DNA of 32,000 nucleotides from Nitrosopumilus sp. GTDB taxonomy: Archaea; Thermoproteota; Nitrososphaeria; Nitrososphaerales; Nitrosopumilaceae. Numbering within the stretch: the first letter of the stretch is position 1; each line of letters opens with the position of its first letter. The notes under the pieces are model-generated. The model saw only the letters and a list, made by a program, of their open reading frames with translations, ran no database searches and was not told where the DNA came from. The translations under genes and the position numbers were made by a program. The stretch covers positions 164,948-196,947 of the forward strand of contig NZ_JAILWA010000002.1 of assembly GCF_025699255.1 (NCBI RefSeq), read 5' to 3'. Of the stretch, positions 7,630-15,952 are shown in pieces.

Positions 7630-8490
7630 TTATTTTGATTTTTCATACTTTTTCTCCATCTTTCTAAATTTAGGAAGTTCTACCAAATCGTTGAACTGAT
7701 CAAAATTGACAACTTTTTGTTTGTATTTTGTTGTGTTTCCTGATTTCTTTAATTCTTGGAGGATATTCATTGTTGCAAATGTATTTGCATACAAAACTGA
7801 TAATGGATAAAGAACTATGTTGAATCCCATTTTACTTAATGTTTCAGCAGAACTTAATGGTGTTGCCCCTCCCTCAATCATATTTGCAACCAATGGAGCC
7901 TTGATTTCTTTTCCAATTTTTTTCATTTCATCTACTGATCTAGGTGCTTCAACAAAAACTGCATCTGCTCCTGTTTTCTTGTTTTGTTTTCCACGCTCAA
8001 TTGCTTCATCTAATCCTTTTGTAGCTCTTGCATCTGTTCTTGCAACTATGATGAAATCTTTATTTTCTCTTGCATCAATTGCAGCAGATAGTTTTTCAGT
8101 ATATTCTTCTTGAGAAACAACATCCTTGCCTTGCATATGTCCACAACGCTTTGGCCATTTCTGATCCTCTAGAAAAATACCTGAAGCACCTGCAGATTCC
8201 AACTCTTTAACTAATTTCCATACACTCAATGCATTTCCATATCCTGTATCTGAATCAACAATTACTGGTATTGATACAGCTCTACAAATTCTTCTAGCAT
8301 TATCTACAGTTTCAGTAGCTCCAATGAATCCATAATCTGGCATTCCAAATAAAGTAGCAGAAGTTCCATAACCTGTTTGGAACATTGCATCAAATCCTAC
8401 CTTTTGGGCAATTTTTGCACCCAAGGCATCATAGACACCTGGAATTACAAGTGGTTTTTTTGACTTTAACATGCTACGTAAATTTTTCAT
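7630..8490 (-). CDS. Isocitrate lyase/PEP mutase superfamily enzyme, 2-methylisocitrate lyase (PrpB)-like
   Basis: Collinear by eye with PrpB: VIPGVYDALGA, VDSDTGYG, FLEDQKWPKRCGHMQGK (the K-[KR]-C-G-H lyase signature), ARTDA, EAP. Confidence 0.8.
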   Translation of the reverse strand: MKNLRSMLKSKKPLVIPGVYDALGAKIAQKVGFDAMFQTGYGTSATLFGMPDYGFIGATETVDNARRICRAVSIPVIVDSDTGYGNALSVWKLVKELESAGASGIFLEDQKWPKRCGHMQGKDVVSQEEYTEKLSAAIDARENKDFIIVARTDARATKGLDEAIERGKQNKKTGADAVFVEAPRSVDEMKKIGKEIKAPLVANMIEGGATPLSSAETLSKMGFNIVLYPLSVLYANTFATMNILQELKKSGNTTKYKQKVVNFDQFNDLVELPKFRKMEKKYEKSK

Positions 8491-8529
8491 GAATTTCTAT
8501 TTTTTCTGAATTATTTATGATTTTAAAAA

Positions 8530-9819
8530 TTATTTAGAAATATCTACATCTCTTGTTTCAGGATTAATTTTTGCGCCAATCAAAATGATGATCGAACCAA
8601 TTATCACATTAATTCCTAATAAAATTGGAATTAGTTCTGTACCTTTTGATAGCATTGTTACTGCAATTAGTGGGGCCCATGAACCAAAAATCAATCCACC
8701 GTTGTAGATAAATCCGCTTGCACTATTTCTTACCTCAGTTGGGAATCTTTCAGACAAAAATGCAGGAATTGGTCCAAATCCTGTTGTTGCAACAATAATC
8801 AAAACTATAGTGTATGTTACTCTTTCATAAGATGATTCTGCATTATACAATCCATAGAATGTAGGTATTGCAACTATAATTGCTGCAATTGCAAAAAATG
8901 CAATAGTTTTTCTTCTTCCAATTCTTTGACTTAGAAATCCTGTAAAAATTTGACCAAACAATGAAGTCGTTGTTCCAACAATCATTAACAAAGAAACTTC
9001 AGATTTTTCAATTTCTACATAATTTTGTAAGAATGTTGGATAGAATCCAATTGATGTATAATATGCATACATCAGGCCTGTCATTAGAATCAACGAAAAA
9101 ATAAACTTCTTTCTTCCTTCTTTACTTGAAAATAATTTTTTTAATGGTGATTTTGTTTTCTTTTCTTGTTTTTGTTTTGCAAGCCATACATCTGATTCAT
9201 TCATTCTAAATCTTACAAATAACGCTACTAGACCTGGAATTATTCCTGTAAAGAACATAATTCGCCATCCAATATCTACAAACTGTTCTCCTGGAAATGC
9301 TGAAACTGCTCCAAAGAATACTACTGAGGCTATTACAAAGCCAAAATTAAATCCACTTTGCAAAAATCCAGACAGGATTCCTCTCTTTTCTTTTGGTGCA
9401 GTTTCCATTGTGATTACTGCACCACTTCCCCATTCTCCTCCTGCAAAAAATCCTTGCATGAATCGTAATCCAATTAGTAATACAGGTGCCATAAATCCAA
9501 CCATCTGCCATGTTGGTAGTAATCCTGTTGCAAATGTTGCAGCTGCAAATCCCATAATTGTAATGATCATTGCTTTTTTTCTTCCATGTTTGTCTCCATA
9601 GTTTCCAAAAAATGCACCACCAAATGGTCGCATAATTAGTGTGATAATATAAGCTGCAAATGTTGCTAAAAGTGAAAATGTAGCATCTTCTGCAGGAAAA
9701 AATAATGTACTGATTAGTGGAATAACAAGTAACATCAAAACTAGATCATAACCATCAAGAGACCATCCAAGCCATGAACCAAAAACTATGGATTTTTGTT
9801 GTCTTGTTAGTGATGTCAC
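8530..9819 (-). CDS. MFS transporter, metabolite:H+ symporter (MHS, KgtP/ProP/CitA-like) family
   Basis: About 12 hydrophobic segments. The loop 2-3 motif GDKHGRKKAM closely resembles the MHS-family motif (ADKHGRKK in KgtP, recalled from memory). There is a central basic loop. Confidence 0.8.
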   Translation of the reverse strand: MTSLTRQQKSIVFGSWLGWSLDGYDLVLMLLVIPLISTLFFPAEDATFSLLATFAAYIITLIMRPFGGAFFGNYGDKHGRKKAMIITIMGFAAATFATGLLPTWQMVGFMAPVLLIGLRFMQGFFAGGEWGSGAVITMETAPKEKRGILSGFLQSGFNFGFVIASVVFFGAVSAFPGEQFVDIGWRIMFFTGIIPGLVALFVRFRMNESDVWLAKQKQEKKTKSPLKKLFSSKEGRKKFIFSLILMTGLMYAYYTSIGFYPTFLQNYVEIEKSEVSLLMIVGTTTSLFGQIFTGFLSQRIGRRKTIAFFAIAAIIVAIPTFYGLYNAESSYERVTYTIVLIIVATTGFGPIPAFLSERFPTEVRNSASGFIYNGGLIFGSWAPLIAVTMLSKGTELIPILLGINVIIGSIIILIGAKINPETRDVDISK

Positions 9820-9862
9820 AATATCATTAAAAAAATAGATTAATTTTTACTTTTCAAAATAA

Positions 9863-10372
9863 TTAATCTATTCTGATCTCTTTTCCTTTTTTCTTAGAAT
9901 TTTTCTCATTAATCTTCTTTAATTCTTCTTCTAGGAATTTTCTATATTTTTGTGTCTCTTCATCAGTCATATTTGCTACATTTGAGCTCAGAATAGAACC
10001 TAATGAAGAAATTTTCTCAAGTAAGTCCATTGCAACAAATCTACCCACATTTCCTAATCTAAACAAAACATCTAGTTGATTTTTTATAATATCATTTATT
10101 TTGTCTACATCTTGCGCTGTCTCTTTTCCTTTTTTTGTTAACTGATATCTTCCATCCTTAGTTTCTTCAATCAATCCTTCATCAAGTAATCTCCCTAACA
10201 ATGGATAAATCAATCCAGGAGATGGTTTCCAGATTCCATTACTTTGTTCTACTGCATAATCAATAATCTCTTTTCCAGTATGTGGAGTTTTCTTTAATAA
10301 TTCTAATATGAAATATCTAGAAAATCCTCTTGGCACTGAACTTCCTACTCTTTGAAACCATTCAGATATCAT
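9863..10372 (-). CDS. PadR-family winged-helix transcriptional regulator
   Basis: YFILELLKKTPHTGKEIIDYAVEQSNGIWKPSPGLIYPLLGRLLDEGLIEE is the PadR wHTH pattern. I prefer the ATG at 10372 over the GTG at 10387, because 10381-10396 is a palindromic operator-like site. Confidence 0.8.
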   Translation of the reverse strand: MISEWFQRVGSSVPRGFSRYFILELLKKTPHTGKEIIDYAVEQSNGIWKPSPGLIYPLLGRLLDEGLIEETKDGRYQLTKKGKETAQDVDKINDIIKNQLDVLFRLGNVGRFVAMDLLEKISSLGSILSSNVANMTDEETQKYRKFLEEELKKINEKNSKKKGKEIRID

Positions 10373-10380
10373 CACTAGCG

Positions 10381-10396
10381 ATATCACTAGTGATAT
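10381..10396. promoter_or_regulatory. 16-nt perfect palindrome ATATCACTAGTGATAT, putative PadR operator
   Basis: A perfect inverted repeat lies 9-24 nt upstream of the padR ATG. It sits between that start and an A/T-rich TATA-like stretch (10397-10412). A degenerate direct copy (GATATCATCACTAGC) lies at 10365-10379. Confidence 0.5.
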
Positions 10397-10467
10397 ATTT
10401 TAATATTTTGGATCATGCGTAACAATTACTACATATTTATCCCGCCCAAAGCAAGTTTGACTGAAAA

Positions 10468-12180
10468 ATGGTAGATTCTATTGAATTTGACTTAATTATT
10501 TGTGGTTCTGGCCTTGCAGGCCTAAGGGCTGCAATAGCTGCTGCAAAAAAAGCACCTAATCTCAAAATCGGAATTGTATCTAAAGTGCAAGTAATGCGTT
10601 CACATTCAGTTTCTGCTGAAGGAGGGACAGCTGCAGTGCTTTTTGAAGATGAAGGTGACACAATTGAATCTCATGTTTATGACACTGTCAAAGGAAGTGA
10701 CTTTCTTGCAGATCAGGATGTTGCAGAAAGATTATGTGTTGAAATGCCACAACAAATCCGCCAACTAGATCATTGGGGAATGCCATGGTCCAGAAGAGAT
10801 GATGGCAGAATTGATCAAAGAAATTTTGGTGGTTACAGTTTTCCTAGAGCAACATATGCCTCAGACAAAGTCGGTTTCTTTGAAATGCAAACATTGTATG
10901 ATACATGTCAAAAATATGAAAATATTGAATATCTTAACGAATGGTTTGTAACATCAATTATTCATGATGGAAAACGATTCATGGGAGTTACTGCAATTGA
11001 ATTAGGTTCTGGAACATTTTACACAATAAAAGGAAAAGCACTCATCATTGCAACAGGTGGAGCTGGAAGGTTATACAGCTTTTCTACTTATGCACTTTCT
11101 TCTACACCTGATGGTTTGGATATGGGATTACGTGCTGGTATGGCACTAAAAGATATGGAGTTTGTACAATTCCATCCTACAGGAATTTTACCATCTGGAA
11201 TTTTAATTACAGAAGGTGCACGAGGAGAGGGAGGTTATCTTCTTAACAACAAAGGAGAGAGATTTATGAAAACATATGCAGCTGGAAAAATGGAATTAGC
11301 TCCGCGTGATATTGTTTCAAGATCTATTATGACAGAAATTCAAGAAGGACGCGGATTCAAACATGAAACTGGTGTTGATTGTATGAAACTTGATTTACGT
11401 CATCTTGGAGATGAAAAAATTAAAGAAAAATTAGGAGGAATTAGAGAAATTTCAATTAAATTTTCAGGACAAGATCCTGCACAAGATTTGCTTGACATTA
11501 GACCTGTATGTCACTATATGATGGGTGGACTACATACTGATATTGATGGTGCTACTGAAATTCAAGGAGTCTGGGCTGCCGGTGAGGCTGCATGTAACAG
11601 TGTCCATGGCTCAAATAGACTAGGAGCAAATTCTACCTCTGAATGTATTGTATGGGGAAAAATTACGGGTGAATTGGCAATTGACTATATTCAAAAGAAT
11701 ACTTTTTCAAATCCTTGGCCCCACCATTTGGTAGCATCTGAAGAGAAGAGAATCTATGACGGAATATTCAGAGGAAATGGAGATGCAAATCCCTATGAAA
11801 TTAGACAACAATTAACAGATACAATGAATGAAAAAGCATATGTTTACAAAAACGAAACAAATCTTGTTGAAGGCCTCAAAAAAATTCGTGAATTAAAACA
11901 ACAAACTTGGAAACATGTTGATGATAAAGCAAAAGAGTACAATACAAATTTTGCAAATGTGATGGAACTTGATTCTATGTTCAGAGTAGCAGAAATTGTA
12001 TTGCTTGGTGCAATCAATAGAAAAGAATCTCGTGGTGCACATGCAAGAACTGATTATCCAAAACGTGATGATGCAAACTTTTTACATCACACTCTTGCAT
12101 ATTATGATCCTAATGGCCCTATCATGAAGACACATCCAGTTACAATTACTAAATATCAGCCAGTGGAGAGGAAGTATTAG
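10468..12180 (+). CDS. sdhA: Succinate dehydrogenase/fumarate reductase flavoprotein subunit
   Basis: GSGLAGLRAA dinucleotide fold, RSHSVSAEGG (covalent-FAD His region), HPTG, RGEGG, SRGAHAR. Confidence 0.95.
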   Translation: MVDSIEFDLIICGSGLAGLRAAIAAAKKAPNLKIGIVSKVQVMRSHSVSAEGGTAAVLFEDEGDTIESHVYDTVKGSDFLADQDVAERLCVEMPQQIRQLDHWGMPWSRRDDGRIDQRNFGGYSFPRATYASDKVGFFEMQTLYDTCQKYENIEYLNEWFVTSIIHDGKRFMGVTAIELGSGTFYTIKGKALIIATGGAGRLYSFSTYALSSTPDGLDMGLRAGMALKDMEFVQFHPTGILPSGILITEGARGEGGYLLNNKGERFMKTYAAGKMELAPRDIVSRSIMTEIQEGRGFKHETGVDCMKLDLRHLGDEKIKEKLGGIREISIKFSGQDPAQDLLDIRPVCHYMMGGLHTDIDGATEIQGVWAAGEAACNSVHGSNRLGANSTSECIVWGKITGELAIDYIQKNTFSNPWPHHLVASEEKRIYDGIFRGNGDANPYEIRQQLTDTMNEKAYVYKNETNLVEGLKKIRELKQQTWKHVDDKAKEYNTNFANVMELDSMFRVAEIVLLGAINRKESRGAHARTDYPKRDDANFLHHTLAYYDPNGPIMKTHPVTITKYQPVERKY

Positions 12181-12612
12181 ATGCCAAGCGATGATCATAG
12201 AGAAGGTATCAAAGGAATGGCTAATCCAAGCCGATATGGAATTGAACGTGTTGCATATTGGTTAATGAGATTAAGTGGATTAGGGCTGTTGGCATATTTT
12301 ATTGGTCATATTTATGAAACAAGCAATATTCTAAGAGGACAAGTTGGTTGGGATGAATTTCTTGAACTAACTCAAACTACAGAAGGACACATAATTTTGG
12401 CAATTGTAATTGCAATGTGTGTATTTCATACTGTTAATGGAATTAGAGTAATGTTGGGACATGGAGGAGTTGGTGTAGGGAAACCTGCAAGACCTGATTA
12501 TCCATATGATCCAGCATCACAAAATTACAGACACAAAATAGGAATTTATTCTGCAATCCTTTTAGCAGCAATTGCAATGATGTACGGTTTAGCGGTAATG
12601 TTTGGTGAGTAA
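12181..12612 (+). CDS. sdhC: Succinate dehydrogenase membrane anchor subunit (SdhC-like)
   Basis: The ATG directly follows the sdhA stop. There are three hydrophobic helices with candidate haem-ligand His in FHTVNGIRV. Operon context supports the call. Confidence 0.7.
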   Translation: MPSDDHREGIKGMANPSRYGIERVAYWLMRLSGLGLLAYFIGHIYETSNILRGQVGWDEFLELTQTTEGHIILAIVIAMCVFHTVNGIRVMLGHGGVGVGKPARPDYPYDPASQNYRHKIGIYSAILLAAIAMMYGLAVMFGE

Positions 12613-12613
12613 T

Positions 12614-12958
12614 ATGAGAGAAAGTACAATAATGAAAATTCACTATGGTACGGCTTTAGCAGCTGTTGCCTTAGTTGCAGTTCACATCTTAATGCGTCTA
12701 ACACAGGGATTTGCGGAATCTTTGGAGTATGAAAGTGTACTTGCAAATTACAAATTCATACCATATGCTGCAATGCTGGAATTAATCTTGATTTTATTAT
12801 CTGTACATGGATTTAATGGACTTCGAGTAATCTTACTTGAGTTAAAACAAGGAAGGATGTATGAAAAAGCTGTTTCTTATGGTTGTCTTGCAGCAATGAT
12901 TGGATTAATAGCCTACGGCTCAAGAACAATTATTATGACTAACATGGGGATGGTATAG
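12614..12958 (+). CDS. sdhD: Succinate dehydrogenase membrane anchor subunit (SdhD-like)
   Basis: The ATG lies 1 nt after the sdhC stop; the listed TTG at 12602 would overlap sdhC. There are three hydrophobic helices, and VHGFNGLRV parallels the SdhC motif. Confidence 0.65.
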   Translation: MRESTIMKIHYGTALAAVALVAVHILMRLTQGFAESLEYESVLANYKFIPYAAMLELILILLSVHGFNGLRVILLELKQGRMYEKAVSYGCLAAMIGLIAYGSRTIIMTNMGMV

Positions 12959-12960
12959 AA

Positions 12961-13728
12961 ATGGCTCAAGTTTCTAGTATTGCAAATGAACAAAATACTA
13001 CTGCAGTATCTTCTTCAAAATCTATCACGCTTAGAATTTCAAGATTTAATCCAGAACATGATGAAACTAATGGATTTATGGAGTTTACAATTCCATATCA
13101 AAAATGGACAACTGTTCTTGAAGCAATTTTAGAAGTCAAAAAACATTTTGATCATTCAGTTGCTGTACGATATTCTTGTAGACAAGCAACATGTGGTTCA
13201 TGTGGAATGATAATCAATGGAAAACCTAGATTAGCATGTTTTACAAAAATTAGTGAATTAAACTCTGATGTTGTTACAGTAGAACCGATGAATAATTTTC
13301 CTATCATTCGTGATTTAGCTGTAAAATTTGAAAAATTATTTGACACTCATCAAAAAATTAAACCATATCTAATTCGTGATGACACTGAACTAGAATCTAA
13401 TGAAAAGGAATTCTTACAGTCTCCTGAAGAAGTAGAACAATACATCCAATTTGCAAATTGTATCAAATGTGGTCTGTGTAATTCTGCATGCCCTACAATG
13501 GCCACTGATTCTTCTTTTGTTGGACCTCAAGCATTAGCTCAAGCATATCGTTATGTTGCTGATACTAGAGATAAGGGCAAGGATTCTAGATTAAAAATAA
13601 TTGATGATTCGCATGGTATTTGGAGATGTCATTTTGCCGGTTCATGTAGTCAAGTATGTCCAAAAGGTGTTGATCCTGCAATGGGAATTCAACTACTTCG
13701 AGGCTATTTGTTAGGTTTTAGAAGTTAA
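12961..13728 (+). CDS. sdhB: Succinate dehydrogenase iron-sulfur subunit
   Basis: Three Cys clusters: CRQATCGSCGM...C (2Fe-2S), CIKCGLCNSACP (4Fe-4S), CHFAGSCSQVCPKG (3Fe-4S). Confidence 0.95.
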   Translation: MAQVSSIANEQNTTAVSSSKSITLRISRFNPEHDETNGFMEFTIPYQKWTTVLEAILEVKKHFDHSVAVRYSCRQATCGSCGMIINGKPRLACFTKISELNSDVVTVEPMNNFPIIRDLAVKFEKLFDTHQKIKPYLIRDDTELESNEKEFLQSPEEVEQYIQFANCIKCGLCNSACPTMATDSSFVGPQALAQAYRYVADTRDKGKDSRLKIIDDSHGIWRCHFAGSCSQVCPKGVDPAMGIQLLRGYLLGFRS

Positions 13729-14048
13729 CCTAACTTTTTTGGTTTTGGACTATTGTTTACTTGATTGTTAATCTGTTCAGCCATAAAGTGATTTGAAACA
13801 TTAACTTTAACGTCTTCAACACCATCTACTTTCAATAGATTATCGTGAACATCTTGACAAATCTTAAAACCGAATACTGCTGGACAGAATGGACTTGTTA
13901 GATGTAAATCAACTTTAACATTGCTGTTATCAATATCAACCTCATCAATTAATTCTAATTCTACAATTGATGTGTTAATTTCCGGATCCACAATCTTTGA
14001 TAGCTCATCAAATATTTTGACTCGCATCTGTTTGATATCTTGGCTCAT
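13725..14048 (-). CDS. DUF59/MIP18-family Fe-S cluster assembly-related protein
   Basis: VDPEINTSIVELELI and LTSPFCP are the family hallmarks. I prefer the ATG at 14048 (an alternative ATG is at 14081) because TATATATA at 14069-14076 then sits at promoter distance. Confidence 0.7.
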   Translation of the reverse strand: MSQDIKQMRVKIFDELSKIVDPEINTSIVELELIDEVDIDNSNVKVDLHLTSPFCPAVFGFKICQDVHDNLLKVDGVEDVKVNVSNHFMAEQINNQVNNSPKPKKLG

Positions 14049-14068
14049 GTCCGCAAAAGCGTCGATGC

Positions 14069-14076
14069 TATATATA
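14069..14076. promoter_or_regulatory. Palindromic TATATATA box, apparently shared by divergent DUF59 and argH genes
   Basis: The box is centred about 25 nt from the argH ATG (14098, plus strand) and about 25 nt from the DUF59 ATG (14048, minus strand). Confidence 0.45.
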
Positions 14077-14097
14077 ACCATTCTAGAACCTTAGGTA

Positions 14098-15558
14098 ATG
14101 TATCGTTCTCGTCTTGGTACTGATTTGAGTGATATTACTTTAGATTATGTTTCATCGATAAATGACGATTCAGAAATTGCTCTTTATGATATACTTGGAA
14201 GTCAAGCTCATGCTCTGATGTTATTTGAAAAAAATATCATTACAAAAAATGATGCAAAAAAAATCTTATCTGCATTAGAAAATTTGAAAAATGAAAAATT
14301 TGATGCATCGTCTGGAGCCGAAGATATTCATGAGTTAATTGAAACATTGGTCATTAAGAAAGCAGGAATGGCAAGTGGTGGAAAGATGCATACTGCACGA
14401 TCTCGTAATGATCAAGTAGTTTTAGATATTAGAATGAAAATTAGAGATGACATCAATATTGTATGTAATTGTCTTTTAGATACTATTGAAGCCTTAGTAT
14501 CTGTGGCCAAAAATCACCAAAAAACCATAATGCCCTTGTATACACATCTTCAACAAGCTCAAGCTGGTCTTTTTTCACATTATCTTTTAGCTCATGCTGA
14601 TGTTCTAACAAGAGATTTTGAAAGATTGTATGGTACATTTGATAGAATCAATCAAAGTCCTCTTGGAGCAGGTCCGGTTGGCGGGACAAGCATTCCTATA
14701 GATAGATACAGTACAGCAAAGATGTTGGGTTTTGACGGGCTTGTTGAAAATTCGATTGATGCTACAAGCACACGTGATTTTGTCGCAGAGTATGTTGCAA
14801 TGATTTCTATTTTGATGACCAATCTTAGTAAGATTGCTGAAGATTTTGTAATTTGGTCAACATCTGAATTTTCTTTTATTGAACTTTCAGATGAATTTAC
14901 TTCACCTTCAAGTGTTATGCCTCAAAAAAAGAATCCTGATATTCTAGAATTAACTAGAGGTAAAACATCAGAAATCATTGGAAATTTAACTGCAATTCTC
15001 ACAACTGTTAAAGGATTAGCATCTGGTTATGGACGTGATTTACAACAGGTAAAATCCTCCATTTGGTCAACATCAAAAATTTCAATTAGCGCATTGTTAA
15101 TTTTAAAATCTATTCTTCTTACTTTGAAAGTAAATGAAAAACAAATGAAAAAAGTTACTGAAGCAAGCAATTTGATAGCATTAGATATTGCTGAAAAATT
15201 AGTGCAAGAAGGAATTCCATTTAGAGTGACTCATAAAATTTCTGGAACTTTGGTTCAACTGGCTCATATTTCAAAAAAACCTATTTCAAAACTCACTTTA
15301 GCTGAAATTAAAAAATCTGTATCAGATACTAAAGTTGATCCAAATCTTGTCTCAAAAATTATTTCTACTACTACTGTAGTTTCATCATTAAAAGAGAGAA
15401 CCTCTTTAGGTTCATCTGGTTATGACGAACAAAAAAGAATGATTTCTGATAGAATTCAAAAAATTAATCAATATAGATCCGACGTATTGAAAAGAGAAAA
15501 TAAAATTAATTCTTCAATTGATGAGTTGAAAAAACAAATCAATGCAATCATTAAATGA
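14098..15558 (+). CDS. argH: Argininosuccinate lyase
   Basis: TARSRNDQV, the fumarate-lyase signature SSVMPQKKNPD, and overall collinearity with ArgH. Confidence 0.9.
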   Translation: MYRSRLGTDLSDITLDYVSSINDDSEIALYDILGSQAHALMLFEKNIITKNDAKKILSALENLKNEKFDASSGAEDIHELIETLVIKKAGMASGGKMHTARSRNDQVVLDIRMKIRDDINIVCNCLLDTIEALVSVAKNHQKTIMPLYTHLQQAQAGLFSHYLLAHADVLTRDFERLYGTFDRINQSPLGAGPVGGTSIPIDRYSTAKMLGFDGLVENSIDATSTRDFVAEYVAMISILMTNLSKIAEDFVIWSTSEFSFIELSDEFTSPSSVMPQKKNPDILELTRGKTSEIIGNLTAILTTVKGLASGYGRDLQQVKSSIWSTSKISISALLILKSILLTLKVNEKQMKKVTEASNLIALDIAEKLVQEGIPFRVTHKISGTLVQLAHISKKPISKLTLAEIKKSVSDTKVDPNLVSKIISTTTVVSSLKERTSLGSSGYDEQKRMISDRIQKINQYRSDVLKRENKINSSIDELKKQINAIIK

Positions 15559-15572
15559 ATAAAATAAGAGAG

Positions 15573-15646
15573 CGGGTCTAAAGGGATTCGGACCCTTGAC
15601 AACCGGATTAAAAGTCCGGTGCGCTACCTGGCTGCGCCATAGACCC
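15573..15646 (-). tRNA. tRNA-Lys (anticodon UUU)
   Basis: Hand-folded. Acceptor GGGUCUA/UAGACCC, D arm GCGC-AGCCAGGUA-GCGC, anticodon arm CCGGA-CUUUUAA-UCCGG, T arm AAGGG-UCCGAAU-CCCUU, discriminator G. No encoded CCA. Confidence 0.9.
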
Positions 15647-15742
15647 TCGTAAAAAATGCTTTAACTGTATAATTTAGTCTTTTACAAAATATTTTGTTGT
15701 GACAGAAACTTTTAATCTGGCAATTTGATTCAATGAATTTGT

Positions 15743-15820
15743 GCCCTTGTAGTATAGCCCGGTCTAGAATTCGGCCCTGTCACGGCTGAGACGCGTGTTC
15801 AAATCCCGCCGAGGGCGCCA
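15743..15820 (+). tRNA. tRNA-Asp (anticodon GUC), genomically encoded CCA
   Basis: Acceptor GCCCUUG/CGAGGGC, anticodon arm CGGCC-CUGUCAC-GGCUG, T loop UUCAAAU, discriminator G then CCA. The D stem is weak, and there is one U-C mismatch in the T stem in my fold. Confidence 0.8.
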
Positions 15821-15921
15821 TTATCTCTATTATTATAGTTGAAAATCATTTTGTACCGATCAAAATTACATTTTCAGAAATTTTTGATGAATAATGATGA
15901 ATTGAAGATGAATCTCACAAG

Positions 15922-15933
15922 AATATTAAAATT
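15922..15933 (+). promoter_or_regulatory. Putative TATA box for the A/E/K-rich protein and HemA-like operon
   Basis: AATATTAAAATT lies 20-31 nt upstream of the TTG start at 15953. Confidence 0.4.
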
Positions 15934-15952
15934 CAGGGAATTTTAGTGAAAT

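Noticed and set aside
7630-8490. Possible PEP mutase marking a phosphonate biosynthesis locus (marine thaumarchaea are known methylphosphonate producers).
   Set aside because: The active-site region reads EDQKWPKRCGH, which is the isocitrate/methylisocitrate-lyase type. It is not the EDK-x5-NS signature of true PEP mutases. No phosphonopyruvate decarboxylase or MpnS-like genes are adjacent.
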